A stretch of 64,000 nt of DNA, taken from Verrucomicrobiota bacterium (GTDB taxonomy: Bacteria; Chlamydiota; Chlamydiia; Chlamydiales; SM23-39). Position numbers and translations under genes: made by a program. Of the stretch, positions 1-9,984 are shown in pieces (the stretch's first letter is position 1; each line of letters opens with the position of its first letter). The stretch lies in assembly GCA_018968815.1 (NCBI GenBank), contig JAGWZL010000005.1:323-64322 (forward strand), given 5' to 3'. Under the pieces are notes generated by a model, which was not told the DNA's origin, searched no databases, and was given only the letters and a program-made list of their open reading frames with translations.

Positions 1-1041
1 GTCGTGATACAAGAGATGCTCGTTGGCGAATTGGCGCGCTTGCTCGGCTATGCGCATGCACGTCTCATCGTGATCTTGGGCCCATTTGATTTTTTCAATC
101 AAATCGCTTAGATCGCTTTTCACCGGCACATAGTGGACATGCGGTTGGAGCGCGAGAGTAAACCACTGGATCTCCTCCGAATCGGGTTTGAAGGTCAATG
201 AGCCGGAAAGAAGACGCCATTGCAAAGCTGGCGCCGCGCACATCACCCCATCCACATAAGGAAGGTATTTGCAGGATAAAAACTCTTGCCAGGATGCCCG
301 ACCGCCCAAAACCCCTTCGTCATGTAACGGCTTCCACGATTCATGGTCTTCAGGCATGGCATTGATACGGGCGTCTAAAAGATCGGGATATTGCAAAGAG
401 AGTTTGCAAAGAGTATGACGCACAGGCTTTGTTAAACCGCCTCGCCAAAGCGCAAAAGGACGTTTTTTCTCCCACGGCGTCCATGCCTTTTTGATCGCTT
501 TAATATCGGACATCCACCAATGGCCAATCGAGCGCCAATCGGGAATCAAGATCCCATTGGGAACATTCTTGAGCTTTGCAGAGACCAGAATCGGCGCCTT
601 TAACTCACTGGGAGCGGGACAAAAAGGAAACCCATCGAAATAGGAGAGCAGAAAATCCATATTCGGCAATTTCGCACGTTGCAGAATCGTCTTGAGCGCC
701 CTTTCGGTGTTGTTGTCATTGAGTGAAATGTTCTCCCCTTGAGGGAAATACCGATACAATTCGTTGTCCACCACGCGATAGCGCACTAACAGGGGGGAAT
801 GATCGCTTAAAAGGGCATAGGTCTCATCGATGGCCGATTGGGGAATTGCTTTCACCCCCGCAAAATCTCTGTCCAATTGCTCCAGCATCCAGGGAGCTGC
901 CGCCTTGGTTAAAAAGGGCTTGCCCTTCACATGGCGCAGCATCGTTTCCGCTTTGAGATAAGCATGTCTCTCCTGGCCCATGCGATGCACGAAAAAGCCT
1001 ACGCTGAGCAGCAAAGCAATGAACAGAATTCTTTTTGCCAT
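1..1041 (-). CDS. Glycosyltransferase family 90 (CAP10 / LPS-modifying domain) protein, C-terminus cut by window edge; paralog of 1131..2429
   Basis: It is not in the ORF track because it runs off the window. The reverse-strand ATG is at 1041..1039 and the frame is open to position 1 (347 codons). My own translation is MAKRILFIALLLSVGFFVH... (TM anchor) ...IPDWRSIGHWWMSDIKAIKKAWTPWEKKRPFALWRGG...CKYLPYVDGVMCAAPALQWRLLSGSLTFKPDSEEIQWFTLALQPHVHYVPVKSDLSDLIEKIKWAQDHD. It is colinear with the neighbouring 432-aa ORF. Confidence 0.8.
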   Translation of the reverse strand, partial: MAKRILFIALLLSVGFFVHRMGQERHAYLKAETMLRHVKGKPFLTKAAAPWMLEQLDRDFAGVKAIPQSAIDETYALLSDHSPLLVRYRVVDNELYRYFPQGENISLNDNNTERALKTILQRAKLPNMDFLLSYFDGFPFCPAPSELKAPILVSAKLKNVPNGILIPDWRSIGHWWMSDIKAIKKAWTPWEKKRPFALWRGGLTKPVRHTLCKLSLQYPDLLDARINAMPEDHESWKPLHDEGVLGGRASWQEFLSCKYLPYVDGVMCAAPALQWRLLSGSLTFKPDSEEIQWFTLALQPHVHYVPVKSDLSDLIEKIKWAQDHDETCMRIAEQARQFANEHLLYHD

Positions 1042-1130
1042 GGATGCAGCAAATGTTAGCCGTTATTCACAATTTGTTTCAACTTTCCCCGCCAAATGCC
1101 CTGTGGCATCATTTGTATATATGAAAATCT

Positions 1131-2429
1131 GTGAAAATGGTAATTTTTTCCCCAATGAAGTTTTGGTTGCTTGGCATTGCATCGCTTGCGCTCATCGGTT
1201 TCGGATGGTATCGGACCTATCAGTCGAAAAAAATGTATCTGAAACAGGAAACCTACGTCAAACACCTCGACAAAAATCTCTTCTTCTCCAAGCTCGGGCG
1301 CTCATTGCCCCCATGGATGGAAGAGCAGTTGCAAGAAAATTTCCAGGACTTTGCCGCCATCACAAAAGAACAGGTCGATGCCACTTTTGCGCAAATCCAA
1401 AAAGTGTTGCCAACCCCGTACATTGTCCGTTACCGCATTTTGGATGGCCAGCTGTATCGCTATTTCCGGAGCGGCGAACCGGTAACCTTAGAAGACAACA
1501 GCACAGAACGGGCGATCAAAACCCTCATGCAGTGGGTCTCACTGCCCAATCTCGACTGCATCATCTCCTTTTACGATGGCATTCGCCCCAATCATGTGTT
1601 CTTTCACACAACAGCGCAGGCCCCCTTGCTCATCTCTGCAAAAATCAAAAGCACTCCCTATATCGTTTTGATCCCCGATTGGCGCTCTTTGGGCGAATGG
1701 TGGGCCTCCGATATTAAAGCGATCAAAAAGGCATGGACACCCTGGGAACAAAAAAAAGCATTCGCCATTTGGCGAGGCACCTGCAACCGAGAAGAGAGAA
1801 AAACACTGTGCCGTTTCTCTCTTGCGCACCCAGAGATTGTAGACGCCAAATTCAATTTGCCCCTCAATGATCCAGCTCTTACCCAAGAGGGACTCATGGG
1901 AAAAAATGTGCCCTGGGAAGAATTGTTGGCCTGCAAATATCAGCCCTACGTAGATGGATACATGACCGCATCCCCAGCTTTGCAATGGCGCCTCCTTTCA
2001 AATTGCGTCACTTTCAAGCCGGAAACCAATGAAATACAATGGTTTACGATGGCCATCAAACCGTATGTCCATTATGTGCCTCTTAAGAGCGATCTCAGTG
2101 ATTTATTGGAAAAAATCGATTGGGCCAAGGGCCATGATGCGGAATGTAGGCAAATGGCAGAAAATGCAATGCAGTTTGCTTTACAGAATTTGATGGTCGA
2201 AGATGTGATGCTCTACTTCCATGCTGTGTTGTGTCGCTACGGCGCTTTGTGCAAAATGGATCCCAAAGTGATGAAACAAGACATTGCATCAGATCCACAC
2301 TGGGTCAATATTCAGCGCCGCCAAGCTCTTCGCAAAAAAGCAAACGGAGCGCAGATGCAAGGTTACTGCCCCGACTCTTCCCCAGGCGGCGGCATCATCA
2401 GTTTCTCGGAAACTTCTCCTGTGCCATAA
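1131..2429 (+). CDS. Glycosyltransferase family 90 (CAP10 / KDELC-like) protein with N-terminal membrane anchor
   Basis: 432-aa ORF with an N-terminal TM segment (FWLLGIASLALIGFGWY). GT90-type blocks are present: ...KKAFAIWRGT..., ...CKYQPYVDGYMTASPALQWRLLSNCVTFKPETNEIQWFTMAIKPYVHYVPLKSDLSDLLEKIDWAKGHD... Confidence 0.8.
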   Translation: MKMVIFSPMKFWLLGIASLALIGFGWYRTYQSKKMYLKQETYVKHLDKNLFFSKLGRSLPPWMEEQLQENFQDFAAITKEQVDATFAQIQKVLPTPYIVRYRILDGQLYRYFRSGEPVTLEDNSTERAIKTLMQWVSLPNLDCIISFYDGIRPNHVFFHTTAQAPLLISAKIKSTPYIVLIPDWRSLGEWWASDIKAIKKAWTPWEQKKAFAIWRGTCNREERKTLCRFSLAHPEIVDAKFNLPLNDPALTQEGLMGKNVPWEELLACKYQPYVDGYMTASPALQWRLLSNCVTFKPETNEIQWFTMAIKPYVHYVPLKSDLSDLLEKIDWAKGHDAECRQMAENAMQFALQNLMVEDVMLYFHAVLCRYGALCKMDPKVMKQDIASDPHWVNIQRRQALRKKANGAQMQGYCPDSSPGGGIISFSETSPVP

Positions 2430-3484
2430 TGCAATTTCGAGAGAAAATTTTCGACAAAGAAGTCGTTGGTAAAAACTTTTGCCTTCTCGCTATGGATGAA
2501 TGCATCTGCTGCGTCCAAGTAGGTTTGGTACTCTTCTGGGCTCATCTTTTTCATGAACTGATAGAGCTCCTCGTAGCTCGCAAATTGTCTGCGGTCAATG
2601 AAGCATTCTGCGGGAATATAATCGGTCACATTGCTGGCGCCTAAATAGATGGGGACAACTCCAGTTGCAAAACAATCGAAGATTTTCTCCGAAATATATC
2701 CTTTCACATCCTTGGTATTTTCGTAACAGATGGAAAATTTATACCCTTTCAACGTTTCCCATTTGTCTGGAACAGACCCGCGGTAATTTTTGTATTTCTT
2801 TTTCCACCCATATCCGTACAGATCAAATTCCCCTGCAGGTTTTCCTTCAAAAAATTGGATCGCTCTCTTCCTCTCTGAATAGAGTTCTTTGGGATGTTTG
2901 CTGGTGAGCCGTCTACAGATCATGGTGCAAAATTTCTTCTCTTCAAATGGAGGGAGGTTTGCGATTCTTGGGTTCAGCGCCGGATAGTGCAGTTTGAAAA
3001 ACTTTTGGTTGTCCACCAAATCGTCATCCCAAGTGAAAATTGTGTCAAACAGAGCGTGTGTTTTCGGATCATACAGCTCCGGTTGCACAGCCGGAGGCTC
3101 CCACATCACCAGAACCAATTTTTCTTTCGGGACTTTGGCTAAATTGCAGTCCTGCATCAAGGGACCTAAATTCCAAAATACCCAGTATCGAGTATCGGGC
3201 GCCACGATTTCGCCTTTAGGCAGGCCAATCCCCAACCAGTGCTTGAAATCTTGCCAAGTTTTCACGCCATGCCAGTTCAATAACAACGGTCTGTATTGAT
3301 CGATCTCCCAACTGCGAATATCATCGCCTCGCGAAACGAGCTGCCGGCGGATCAAAGTAGGCAAAGCGGGATGTTCGCCCTCGAGAGGGAACATGTTTTG
3401 CCCTTTCGCATCACAGGCATAATCACAATACAATTCGATCTCAGAGGCATGAAGAAAACCGAATAACAGCAGAAGAAAAAGCAT
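2363..3484 (-). CDS. Glycosyltransferase family 10 (alpha-1,3/4-fucosyltransferase-like), N-terminal membrane anchor
   Basis: ...KFSICYENTKDVKGYISEKIFDCFATGVVPIYLGA... matches the FxxxFENSxxxxYVTEK...IPIYWG signature of bacterial and eukaryotic FucTs. I chose the start at the internal Met (MLFLLLLFGFLH, 3484). The ORF opens at 3559, which would overlap the dnaE start. Confidence 0.75.
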   Translation of the reverse strand: MLFLLLLFGFLHASEIELYCDYACDAKGQNMFPLEGEHPALPTLIRRQLVSRGDDIRSWEIDQYRPLLLNWHGVKTWQDFKHWLGIGLPKGEIVAPDTRYWVFWNLGPLMQDCNLAKVPKEKLVLVMWEPPAVQPELYDPKTHALFDTIFTWDDDLVDNQKFFKLHYPALNPRIANLPPFEEKKFCTMICRRLTSKHPKELYSERKRAIQFFEGKPAGEFDLYGYGWKKKYKNYRGSVPDKWETLKGYKFSICYENTKDVKGYISEKIFDCFATGVVPIYLGASNVTDYIPAECFIDRRQFASYEELYQFMKKMSPEEYQTYLDAADAFIHSEKAKVFTNDFFVENFLSKLHYGTGEVSEKLMMPPPGEESGQ

Positions 3485-3546
3485 GATAAAAGGGTATTGC
3501 AAATTGGGCTTAACGTCAATTCCCAACGCTTGTATACTTCCAAAAT

Positions 3547-6500
3547 ATGATGATCCCACTCAACGTTCACTCTCAATATTCGATTCTCAATTCGACAGCC
3601 TCTGTAGCGATGCTTGCAAACAAAGCCAAAGAATATGGCCTTCCCGCGCTGGCTCTCACCGATGAGGGGAACTTGTATGGAGCCATTGACTTCTATAAAG
3701 CGTGTAAAGCGGTCGGCGTCAAACCCATTTTGGGCTGCGAAATCTGGATGGCGCCGCAATCGAGACTCGATAAAAAAAGAACGCCCGGATTGCCCAACGG
3801 TTTGCCGCTCATTCTCCTCGCGAAAAACGGGACAGGCTATCAAAATCTTTGTAAACTCTCTTCGATCGGATTTTTAGAAGGATTTTATTATCAGCCGCGC
3901 ATCGATAAAGAGGTATTATGCCAGCATAAAGAGGGACTCATTTGCCTCTCCAGAGATGTTCAAGAGGCCCGATATTACCAAGAGCTCTTTGGCGAAGATT
4001 TTTATTTAGAAATCCAGCGCCACCCACTCCTCGATGAAGAGATTCAAGAGAGCTGGCTTTTGCAAAAGTTTCGCGACTGTGCAGCCGAGCAAGCGAAAAA
4101 AAATGAAGAGATCATCGCCCTATCCAAACAACTAGGAGTGGCTCTCGTTGCCACCAACGATATCCATTACATCGACAAAGAAGATTGGCGCGCGCATGAG
4201 GTTTTGCTCAACATTCAGTCGGGCGAAGTGTGCGAGATTTGGGAGCGCGACTCGGCCGGCAACCCCAAAAATAAGGCGCCCAATCCAAGACGCGAAACGG
4301 CCTCTACGCGAGAGCTCTATTTCAAATCGCCTCAGGCGATGCAGGCGCTCTTCGCCGATTTGCCCGAAGCCTTGGAAAATACGCTGAAAATCGGCGAAAA
4401 ATGCAAGTGCGAACTCGATTTCAAAACCAGGCACTATCCGGTTTTTATTCCCCCCCATTTACACGGAAAAAAAGTGTCGAAAACAGAGCGGCTGAAAGAA
4501 GCGGAGCAGTTCCTTTACGACCTTTGCCAAAAAGGGATTGAAACGCGCTATACGCCGGACAGATTGGCCCATATTCCGGGAGATCAGCCGCTTGAAATGG
4601 TCAAAAAACGGTTTGCCTATGAATTTGAGATCCTCACCTCGAAAGGGATGGTCGACTACATGCTCATCGTATACGATTTCATCGACTGGGCGAAGCGGCG
4701 CAATATTCCCATGGGTCCTGGGAGGGGTTCTGCGGCCGGGTCGATTATTTCCTATTTGATTGGCATCACCGACATTGAGCCGCTGCGGTTCCATTTGTTC
4801 TTTGAGCGGTTCATCAATCCCGAAAGGATCTCCTATCCAGATATCGACGTCGACATTTGCATGGATCGCCGGCAAGAGGTGATCGATTATGTGGTGGAAA
4901 AGTATGGCAAAGATCGGGTCGCGCAGATCATCACCTTCGGCACGATGAAAGCCAAAATGGCGATTCGAGATGTGGGCAGAGTGCTCAATGTGCCCCTGTC
5001 TAAAGTGAATGAGATCGCCGCTTTAGTGCCGGAAGATCCGACCATGACGCTAGACAAGGCGTTTCAGATCGATCCAGAGTTGAAACGGCTCATGGAGACC
5101 GATGAAGAGGCGCGCGCTGTCCTCGAGATGGCGCAAAAGGCGGAAGGGTCGATCCGCAACACGAGCACCCATGCGGCAGGCTTGATTATTTCCGCTAGTC
5201 CCATTACAGATCATATTCCTGTTTGTACAGCGAAAGATTCGGAGATGTGGGTCACGCAATTTGCGATGAAGCCAGTGGAGAGCGTGGGGATGCTCAAAAT
5301 CGACTTTTTGGGGCTTAAAACTCTCACCTCGATCCAAAAATGTATCGATGCGATTGCGCGCAATACGGGACGCAAAATCGACTGGATCAATTTACCGCTC
5401 GATGATCAAAAGACGTTTGATTTGCTCAACCAAGGCAAGACGCTAGGCGTATTCCAGCTCGAGTCTGGAGGGATGCAGGACTTGGCGCAGCAGCTGCACA
5501 TCGATACTTTTGAAGAGATCATCGCGGTGGGCGCTCTCTACCGCCCAGGTCCGATGGATATGATCCCTTCTTTCATCAACCGGAAGCATGGACGGGAAGC
5601 GATCGAGATCGATCACCCGCAGATGCTAGATATTTTGTCAGAGACTTATGGCGTGATGGTCTATCAAGAGCAGGTCATGCAGATCGCAAGCGCGCTGGCT
5701 GGCTATTCGCTGGGCGAAGGCGATGTGCTCAGACGGGCGATGGGGAAAAAAGATAAAGAAGAAATGACTCGCCAGAGAGAAAAATTTGTGGATGGGTGCT
5801 CTGTCAAAGGGATCGATCGCGATACGGCCATCAAGATTTTTGACAAAATCGAAAAATTTGCGTCTTACGGATTCAATAAATCGCACGCGGCAGCCTATGC
5901 CTACCTCTCCTACACCACAGCCTACTTGAAAGCGAACTATCCTAAAGAATGGATGGCCGCTCTCATGACTTGCGACCAACACGACATCACCAAGTTGGCG
6001 AAATTCATTGGCGAAGCGAAATCGCTGCATATCGATGTGCTCCCTCCCGATATCAACCAGGCGTCCGGTGAATTTAGCGCCTCCCAAGAGGGGATCCGTT
6101 TTGCCATGGCAGGCATTAAAGGCGTGGGCGGTGGAGTGGTCGAAGCGATTCTCGAGGAGAGGACGCGGCAAGGGCCGTTTTCCAGTTTGTACGATTTTGT
6201 GCAAAGAGTCGACAAAACGAGGGTCGGCAAAAAGCAAATCGAATTGCTCATCGAAGCGGGGGCGTTTGATTTTACCTCTTGGTCGCGCGATGCGATGCGG
6301 GAGAGCGTGGAGGAGATGTACGAGAATGCATCTCGCGATCAGAAAGAGGCGTCCCTCGGCGTGCTCAACCTCTTTTCTCTCATTGAAGAGCCCGAAAAAC
6401 CGTTTGCCAAGCCGCCGCCCGTGATCCACGCATCATCGAAAATGCACGTATACCAGAGAGAAAAGGAGCTGCTCGGCTTTTACCTGACGGGCCATCCGAT

Positions 6501-7182
6501 GGATGGATATAAAAAGATTTTGGGCCGTCTCTCTTGCATGCCTCTCAGCGAAGTGAGCGCTCTGCCTGACGCCAGCCTGTTCCGTTCAGCCTTTGTGGTG
6601 GAGACGGTGCAAGTGAAAGTGTCGAGTAAGAACCAGAAGAAATTCGCGATTCTCATGATTTCTGATGGGATGGAGCGGTTTGAAATGCCCATCTGGTCGG
6701 AAATGTACGAGGAAAAAGGGGCGCTTCTTCGCGAAAATCAGCTGCTTTATGGGATTTTGCAGCTCGAGCGCAAAGAGGGGGGTGTGCAGCTTTCCTGCCG
6801 CTATCTCGATGATTTGGCTCACGTGGACGAAATGCGCATCAAGGCTTGCGATGAGGCTTATGATCGGTTGAAAGCAGCGAGCCGCAAAACCCCGGAGCCG
6901 AAATGGAAAACGAAAGAAAAGGGGCCAGCCAAAGTGGAAAAAGAGGAACCGAAAAAAGTGACCATACAACTCGATGCGGATCGAGTGAGGCTCAGTGAAA
7001 TTTTGGCGATGAAAAATCTCTTTCGCTCTCATCCAGGTAAATCGACGCTGGAGATCCACTTTTCCACAGCAAAACGGCGTGTCGGAACCGTTTTGATCGA
7101 TGCGCCATGGGGTGTTCAAGCCGATCGAGAGTTCCAAGAAAAATTGAGAGCGCTAATCGGAGATCAGTTTCATGTTTCATAG
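3547..7182 (+). CDS. dnaE: DNA polymerase III alpha subunit
   Basis: 1211-aa ORF with an N-terminal PHP domain (MMIPLNVHSQYSIL). Core motifs present: ...YPDIDVDICMDRR..., ...MLKIDFLGLKTLTS..., ...FNKSHAAAYAYLSYTTAYLKANYP... Confidence 0.97.
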   Translation: MMIPLNVHSQYSILNSTASVAMLANKAKEYGLPALALTDEGNLYGAIDFYKACKAVGVKPILGCEIWMAPQSRLDKKRTPGLPNGLPLILLAKNGTGYQNLCKLSSIGFLEGFYYQPRIDKEVLCQHKEGLICLSRDVQEARYYQELFGEDFYLEIQRHPLLDEEIQESWLLQKFRDCAAEQAKKNEEIIALSKQLGVALVATNDIHYIDKEDWRAHEVLLNIQSGEVCEIWERDSAGNPKNKAPNPRRETASTRELYFKSPQAMQALFADLPEALENTLKIGEKCKCELDFKTRHYPVFIPPHLHGKKVSKTERLKEAEQFLYDLCQKGIETRYTPDRLAHIPGDQPLEMVKKRFAYEFEILTSKGMVDYMLIVYDFIDWAKRRNIPMGPGRGSAAGSIISYLIGITDIEPLRFHLFFERFINPERISYPDIDVDICMDRRQEVIDYVVEKYGKDRVAQIITFGTMKAKMAIRDVGRVLNVPLSKVNEIAALVPEDPTMTLDKAFQIDPELKRLMETDEEARAVLEMAQKAEGSIRNTSTHAAGLIISASPITDHIPVCTAKDSEMWVTQFAMKPVESVGMLKIDFLGLKTLTSIQKCIDAIARNTGRKIDWINLPLDDQKTFDLLNQGKTLGVFQLESGGMQDLAQQLHIDTFEEIIAVGALYRPGPMDMIPSFINRKHGREAIEIDHPQMLDILSETYGVMVYQEQVMQIASALAGYSLGEGDVLRRAMGKKDKEEMTRQREKFVDGCSVKGIDRDTAIKIFDKIEKFASYGFNKSHAAAYAYLSYTTAYLKANYPKEWMAALMTCDQHDITKLAKFIGEAKSLHIDVLPPDINQASGEFSASQEGIRFAMAGIKGVGGGVVEAILEERTRQGPFSSLYDFVQRVDKTRVGKKQIELLIEAGAFDFTSWSRDAMRESVEEMYENASRDQKEASLGVLNLFSLIEEPEKPFAKPPPVIHASSKMHVYQREKELLGFYLTGHPMDGYKKILGRLSCMPLSEVSALPDASLFRSAFVVETVQVKVSSKNQKKFAILMISDGMERFEMPIWSEMYEEKGALLRENQLLYGILQLERKEGGVQLSCRYLDDLAHVDEMRIKACDEAYDRLKAASRKTPEPKWKTKEKGPAKVEKEEPKKVTIQLDADRVRLSEILAMKNLFRSHPGKSTLEIHFSTAKRRVGTVLIDAPWGVQADREFQEKLRALIGDQFHVS

Positions 7183-8035
7183 CCCAGCAACCCAAGAATT
7201 CATATGCGACTCCGTTCCTCCCTTCAGTGAGATGATCATTTCTTGGAATGGACCCAGACCTCAAACAGGGCAAGGGGGGATTTATGTAAGGGTGTTGATC
7301 GACGAGTGGACCCTCTGGATCGAGTACATGACTTGGGGGGCGGACGAGCAATCGTCTCACAAGACACAAGCGGGGCCTGTCAGAGTCTATCAAGATCTCT
7401 TAGAGGTTCTAAACGGCCAAGAGGCGCGGGGTTTTCAGGTGAAAGCCGATCAGCCTTTGCGCTTTCACGTGTTCACGAATGGGGACAACAAAGACAGCCC
7501 AGACCCACTCCCCACAGAGCCTGTGTATGTGCCCGTTGCAGGGTTGTCGCAAATGGCTTTACAGCATCCGCGGCATAGAGATCTCTGTTCGCCCACCTCC
7601 ACGTCTGCGGTGGTCCGTTTCCTCACGCAAAAGGCGATCGACCCTGTCCAGTTTGCCGAAAAGGTGCGCGACCACGGGTTTGATATTTATGGCAACTGGG
7701 TCTTCAATCTCGCCGAAAGTTCCCAGTACCTCGGCCCCTCCTGGAATACCTGGGTCGAACGGCTGCAGGGGTTTGCCGAGATTCACCGGCGGCTTCTCTT
7801 AGGAACCCCCGTGATCGTCAGCGTGCGGGGTCCGCTGCCAGGGAGCGCCCAGCCCTATGCCCACGGACATCTCCTCGTGGTGAGCGGTTTTGATCCCAAA
7901 ACGGGGGAGGTCCACTGCATGGACCCCGCCTTTCCCTCGGATGAGCAAACCCATGTGCGCTACCGCCTGGACGATTTCGTCACAGCCTGGGAGCGGCGCG
8001 GCCGTGTAGCCTATATCTTTGAAAAAATGGATTGA
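7172..8035 (+). CDS. Conserved hypothetical, papain-fold C39-like peptidase domain
   Basis: 287-aa ORF overlapping the dnaE stop by 11 nt. ...DLCSPTSTSAVVRFL... (catalytic-Cys context C-x-P-T-S) and ...HGHLLVVSGFD... resemble C39-like peptidase domains. This is a motif-memory call only. Confidence 0.5.
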   Translation: MFHSPATQEFICDSVPPFSEMIISWNGPRPQTGQGGIYVRVLIDEWTLWIEYMTWGADEQSSHKTQAGPVRVYQDLLEVLNGQEARGFQVKADQPLRFHVFTNGDNKDSPDPLPTEPVYVPVAGLSQMALQHPRHRDLCSPTSTSAVVRFLTQKAIDPVQFAEKVRDHGFDIYGNWVFNLAESSQYLGPSWNTWVERLQGFAEIHRRLLLGTPVIVSVRGPLPGSAQPYAHGHLLVVSGFDPKTGEVHCMDPAFPSDEQTHVRYRLDDFVTAWERRGRVAYIFEKMD

Positions 8036-8109
8036 AATCGCACAATATGGTGTTGCGCGATTCTGGTATCGCGCAATATAATGGGCGTGATTCTCAAGAC
8101 CTTGGTATT

Positions 8110-9036
8110 ATGAAAAAACTGTGTTTTGTCCTTCTGACCGCCTTCTCTGCTCTCTGTGCCCTCGAAGAGGAAGATCTGATCTGGAAAGAGGGGCCCTCTG
8201 TTCAGGAATACAATAGCGCGTTGCACCAGGCCATCGCAATAGGCGATTGGTGGAAGGTGATCGACTTTGCCAGCATCATCTCTTATAACTTTCCGACGAG
8301 CCCTTTTGCCCAAGAAATTTCTTACATCATGGGAGAAGCCTACTACAAGCTGGATCAACTCGAATACGCGAATGAGGCTTTTACAGAGTACCTGAACCAC
8401 TCTTCAGCTCCCAAACATTTTGAAGAGGCCATCGAATATAAATTCAACATTGCGGAAAGACTCGCATCGGGAGAAAAAAAACGGTTGTTCGGCTCGCCAA
8501 AAATGCCCGCATGGGTTCCCGCACGGGCAGATTCCATTGAGATTTTCGACGAGGTCATCGCAGCACTGCCCCATTCAGAGCTCGCGATTCGCTCTTTGCT
8601 GAGCAAAGCCCGCGTCCAATCGCTGGAAGAAGACTACAAGCCGAGTTTGGAGACCCTCGATCTTTTGATTCGGAGATTCCCCAAGCATGAATTGGCGGCG
8701 GCAGCCTATTTAGAAAAAGAAAAAGTCTACCTGATGCAATGCCAAGCCAAAAATCTCGATCCCGATGTGCTCGATATGGCAGAGGTCAATTTGCGGAAAT
8801 TCCACTTGGCATTTCCTAGAGAAGCTCGACTTGCTGAAGGGGACAAAATCTATTCAGAAATGCAAGAAATTTTTGCCCAAAATCTGCTCGAAACAGGCGC
8901 TTTTTTCGAAAAAACGAAAAAAGTTCCCGCCGCCTTGATCTATTACAACAAGGTGATCGCCAAATATCCAAAGACAAAAGCAGCGGCCGCTTCCCTTGAA
9001 AAACTTTCTGTTCTTCAACCTTCTTCTTCTCGCTAG
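8110..9036 (+). CDS. TPR-repeat outer-membrane assembly factor, BamD/YfiO-like
   Basis: Signal peptide MKKLCFVLLTAFSALCA followed by TPR-like helical repeats (EAYYKLDQLEYANEAFTEYL; IYYNKVIAKYPKTKAA). I chose ATG 8110 inside the ORF that opens at 8032. Confidence 0.55.
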   Translation: MKKLCFVLLTAFSALCALEEEDLIWKEGPSVQEYNSALHQAIAIGDWWKVIDFASIISYNFPTSPFAQEISYIMGEAYYKLDQLEYANEAFTEYLNHSSAPKHFEEAIEYKFNIAERLASGEKKRLFGSPKMPAWVPARADSIEIFDEVIAALPHSELAIRSLLSKARVQSLEEDYKPSLETLDLLIRRFPKHELAAAAYLEKEKVYLMQCQAKNLDPDVLDMAEVNLRKFHLAFPREARLAEGDKIYSEMQEIFAQNLLETGAFFEKTKKVPAALIYYNKVIAKYPKTKAAAASLEKLSVLQPSSSR

Positions 9037-9577
9037 CTGCGGCTATCGGTGGCAACCCGGCTTCCCCGATGGCATGCGCCCCACCCTGTCCATTCCCTTT
9101 GTGCAAGGCGATGAAGATGGCGCGCTCACAGCAGAGATCACCGAAGCGATCAGTGCATCCGGTCTTGCCGATGTGCGCTCTTATGAAGGAGAATATACGC
9201 TCGAAGTCTCGATCGTGGGAGAAGAGACGAGCAATATCGGATTTCGCGTCGACCCACAAAAAGTATATGGCAAAGTGAGAAAAAACCTGCTCGCCATCGA
9301 GGGGCGAAGGTCCATGACGATCGAGGCTCTCTTATGCTCAGGAGGAGAGGCCATTCGAGGTCCTTATCGCCTCACCGCAGATGCCGATTACGACTACGTC
9401 GATGGCGACTCCGCTCAAGATTTGACCTTCGTCGATGCCGCAGGCGCGCGGCTCACCGTGCTCCCTTTTTCTCTTGGACAATTGGAGTCCTCTGAATCGG
9501 CCGCGCTCGCCTCCACGCGCCCTTTGTACAGAAGACTTGCGCAAAAAGTGGTCGATGCGATTTCCTCAGAATGGTGA
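8996..9577 (+). CDS. Lipoprotein (possibly LptE-like)
   Basis: MKNFLFFNLLLLAS|CGYRW has a lipobox. The protein is small and of mixed alpha/beta character. It is adjacent to the BamD-like gene and overlaps it by 41 nt. The LptE assignment is tentative. Confidence 0.45.
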   Translation: MKNFLFFNLLLLASCGYRWQPGFPDGMRPTLSIPFVQGDEDGALTAEITEAISASGLADVRSYEGEYTLEVSIVGEETSNIGFRVDPQKVYGKVRKNLLAIEGRRSMTIEALLCSGGEAIRGPYRLTADADYDYVDGDSAQDLTFVDAAGARLTVLPFSLGQLESSESAALASTRPLYRRLAQKVVDAISSEW

Positions 9578-9984
9578 ACATGCAATTCATAGCCCGTGTC
9601 GAGCAGCTGCACGACATTCTACAATGGATCCAAGAGCAGCTCAAACCCATGGGGTTGAGCCGAGAGACACTCCGCCATGTCGAACTGGCTGCAGAAGAGG
9701 TCTTTGTCAATATCGTGCGCCACGCCTATCAAGGACGCCCAGAGAAAATGGAGATCGAAGTGCGCCTGTTTCCAGCCTATGCAGAAGTGGCCTTTTTCGA
9801 TCATGGCCCCCCATTCAACCCGCTCAATGTGGAGAGGGTCGATCCCACTCTGCCTCTAGAAAAACGGGAGGTGGGCGGCCTTGGCATCCATTTGATCCGC
9901 AAATGCGTCAGCGACTTGCGATATGAACGCCTGGGCAAACAGAATGTGCTCACTCTGATTATTCGTTCTTCTCAAAAGAGGTGA
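9571..9984 (+). CDS. rsbW: Anti-sigma regulatory factor serine kinase (partner-switching)
   Basis: HATPase-type kinase blocks are present: ...AAEEVFVNIVRHAY... and ...VGGLGIHLIRKCV... The length is about 135 aa. An alternative start is ATG 9580, just after the upstream stop. Confidence 0.8.
   Translation: MVNMQFIARVEQLHDILQWIQEQLKPMGLSRETLRHVELAAEEVFVNIVRHAYQGRPEKMEIEVRLFPAYAEVAFFDHGPPFNPLNVERVDPTLPLEKREVGGLGIHLIRKCVSDLRYERLGKQNVLTLIIRSSQKR

Noticed and set aside
980-1717. 245-aa plus-strand ORF spanning the divergent GT90 promoter region
   Set aside because: It overlaps both GT90 paralogs out of frame and has no recognisable motifs. The GT90 frames are strongly supported by paralogy.
5638-6429. 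263-aa antisense ORF within dnaE; similar long shadow ORFs occur at 51712..52329 (in the RND pump), 54990..55748 (in the Ntn-hydrolase), 41726..42274 (in the threonine aldolase), 11698..12213 (in rsmA) and 12684..13400 (in the SurA-like gene)
   Set aside because: They are shadow ORFs opposite or overlapping confidently identified genes and have biased Arg/Gly/Asp/His-rich composition.
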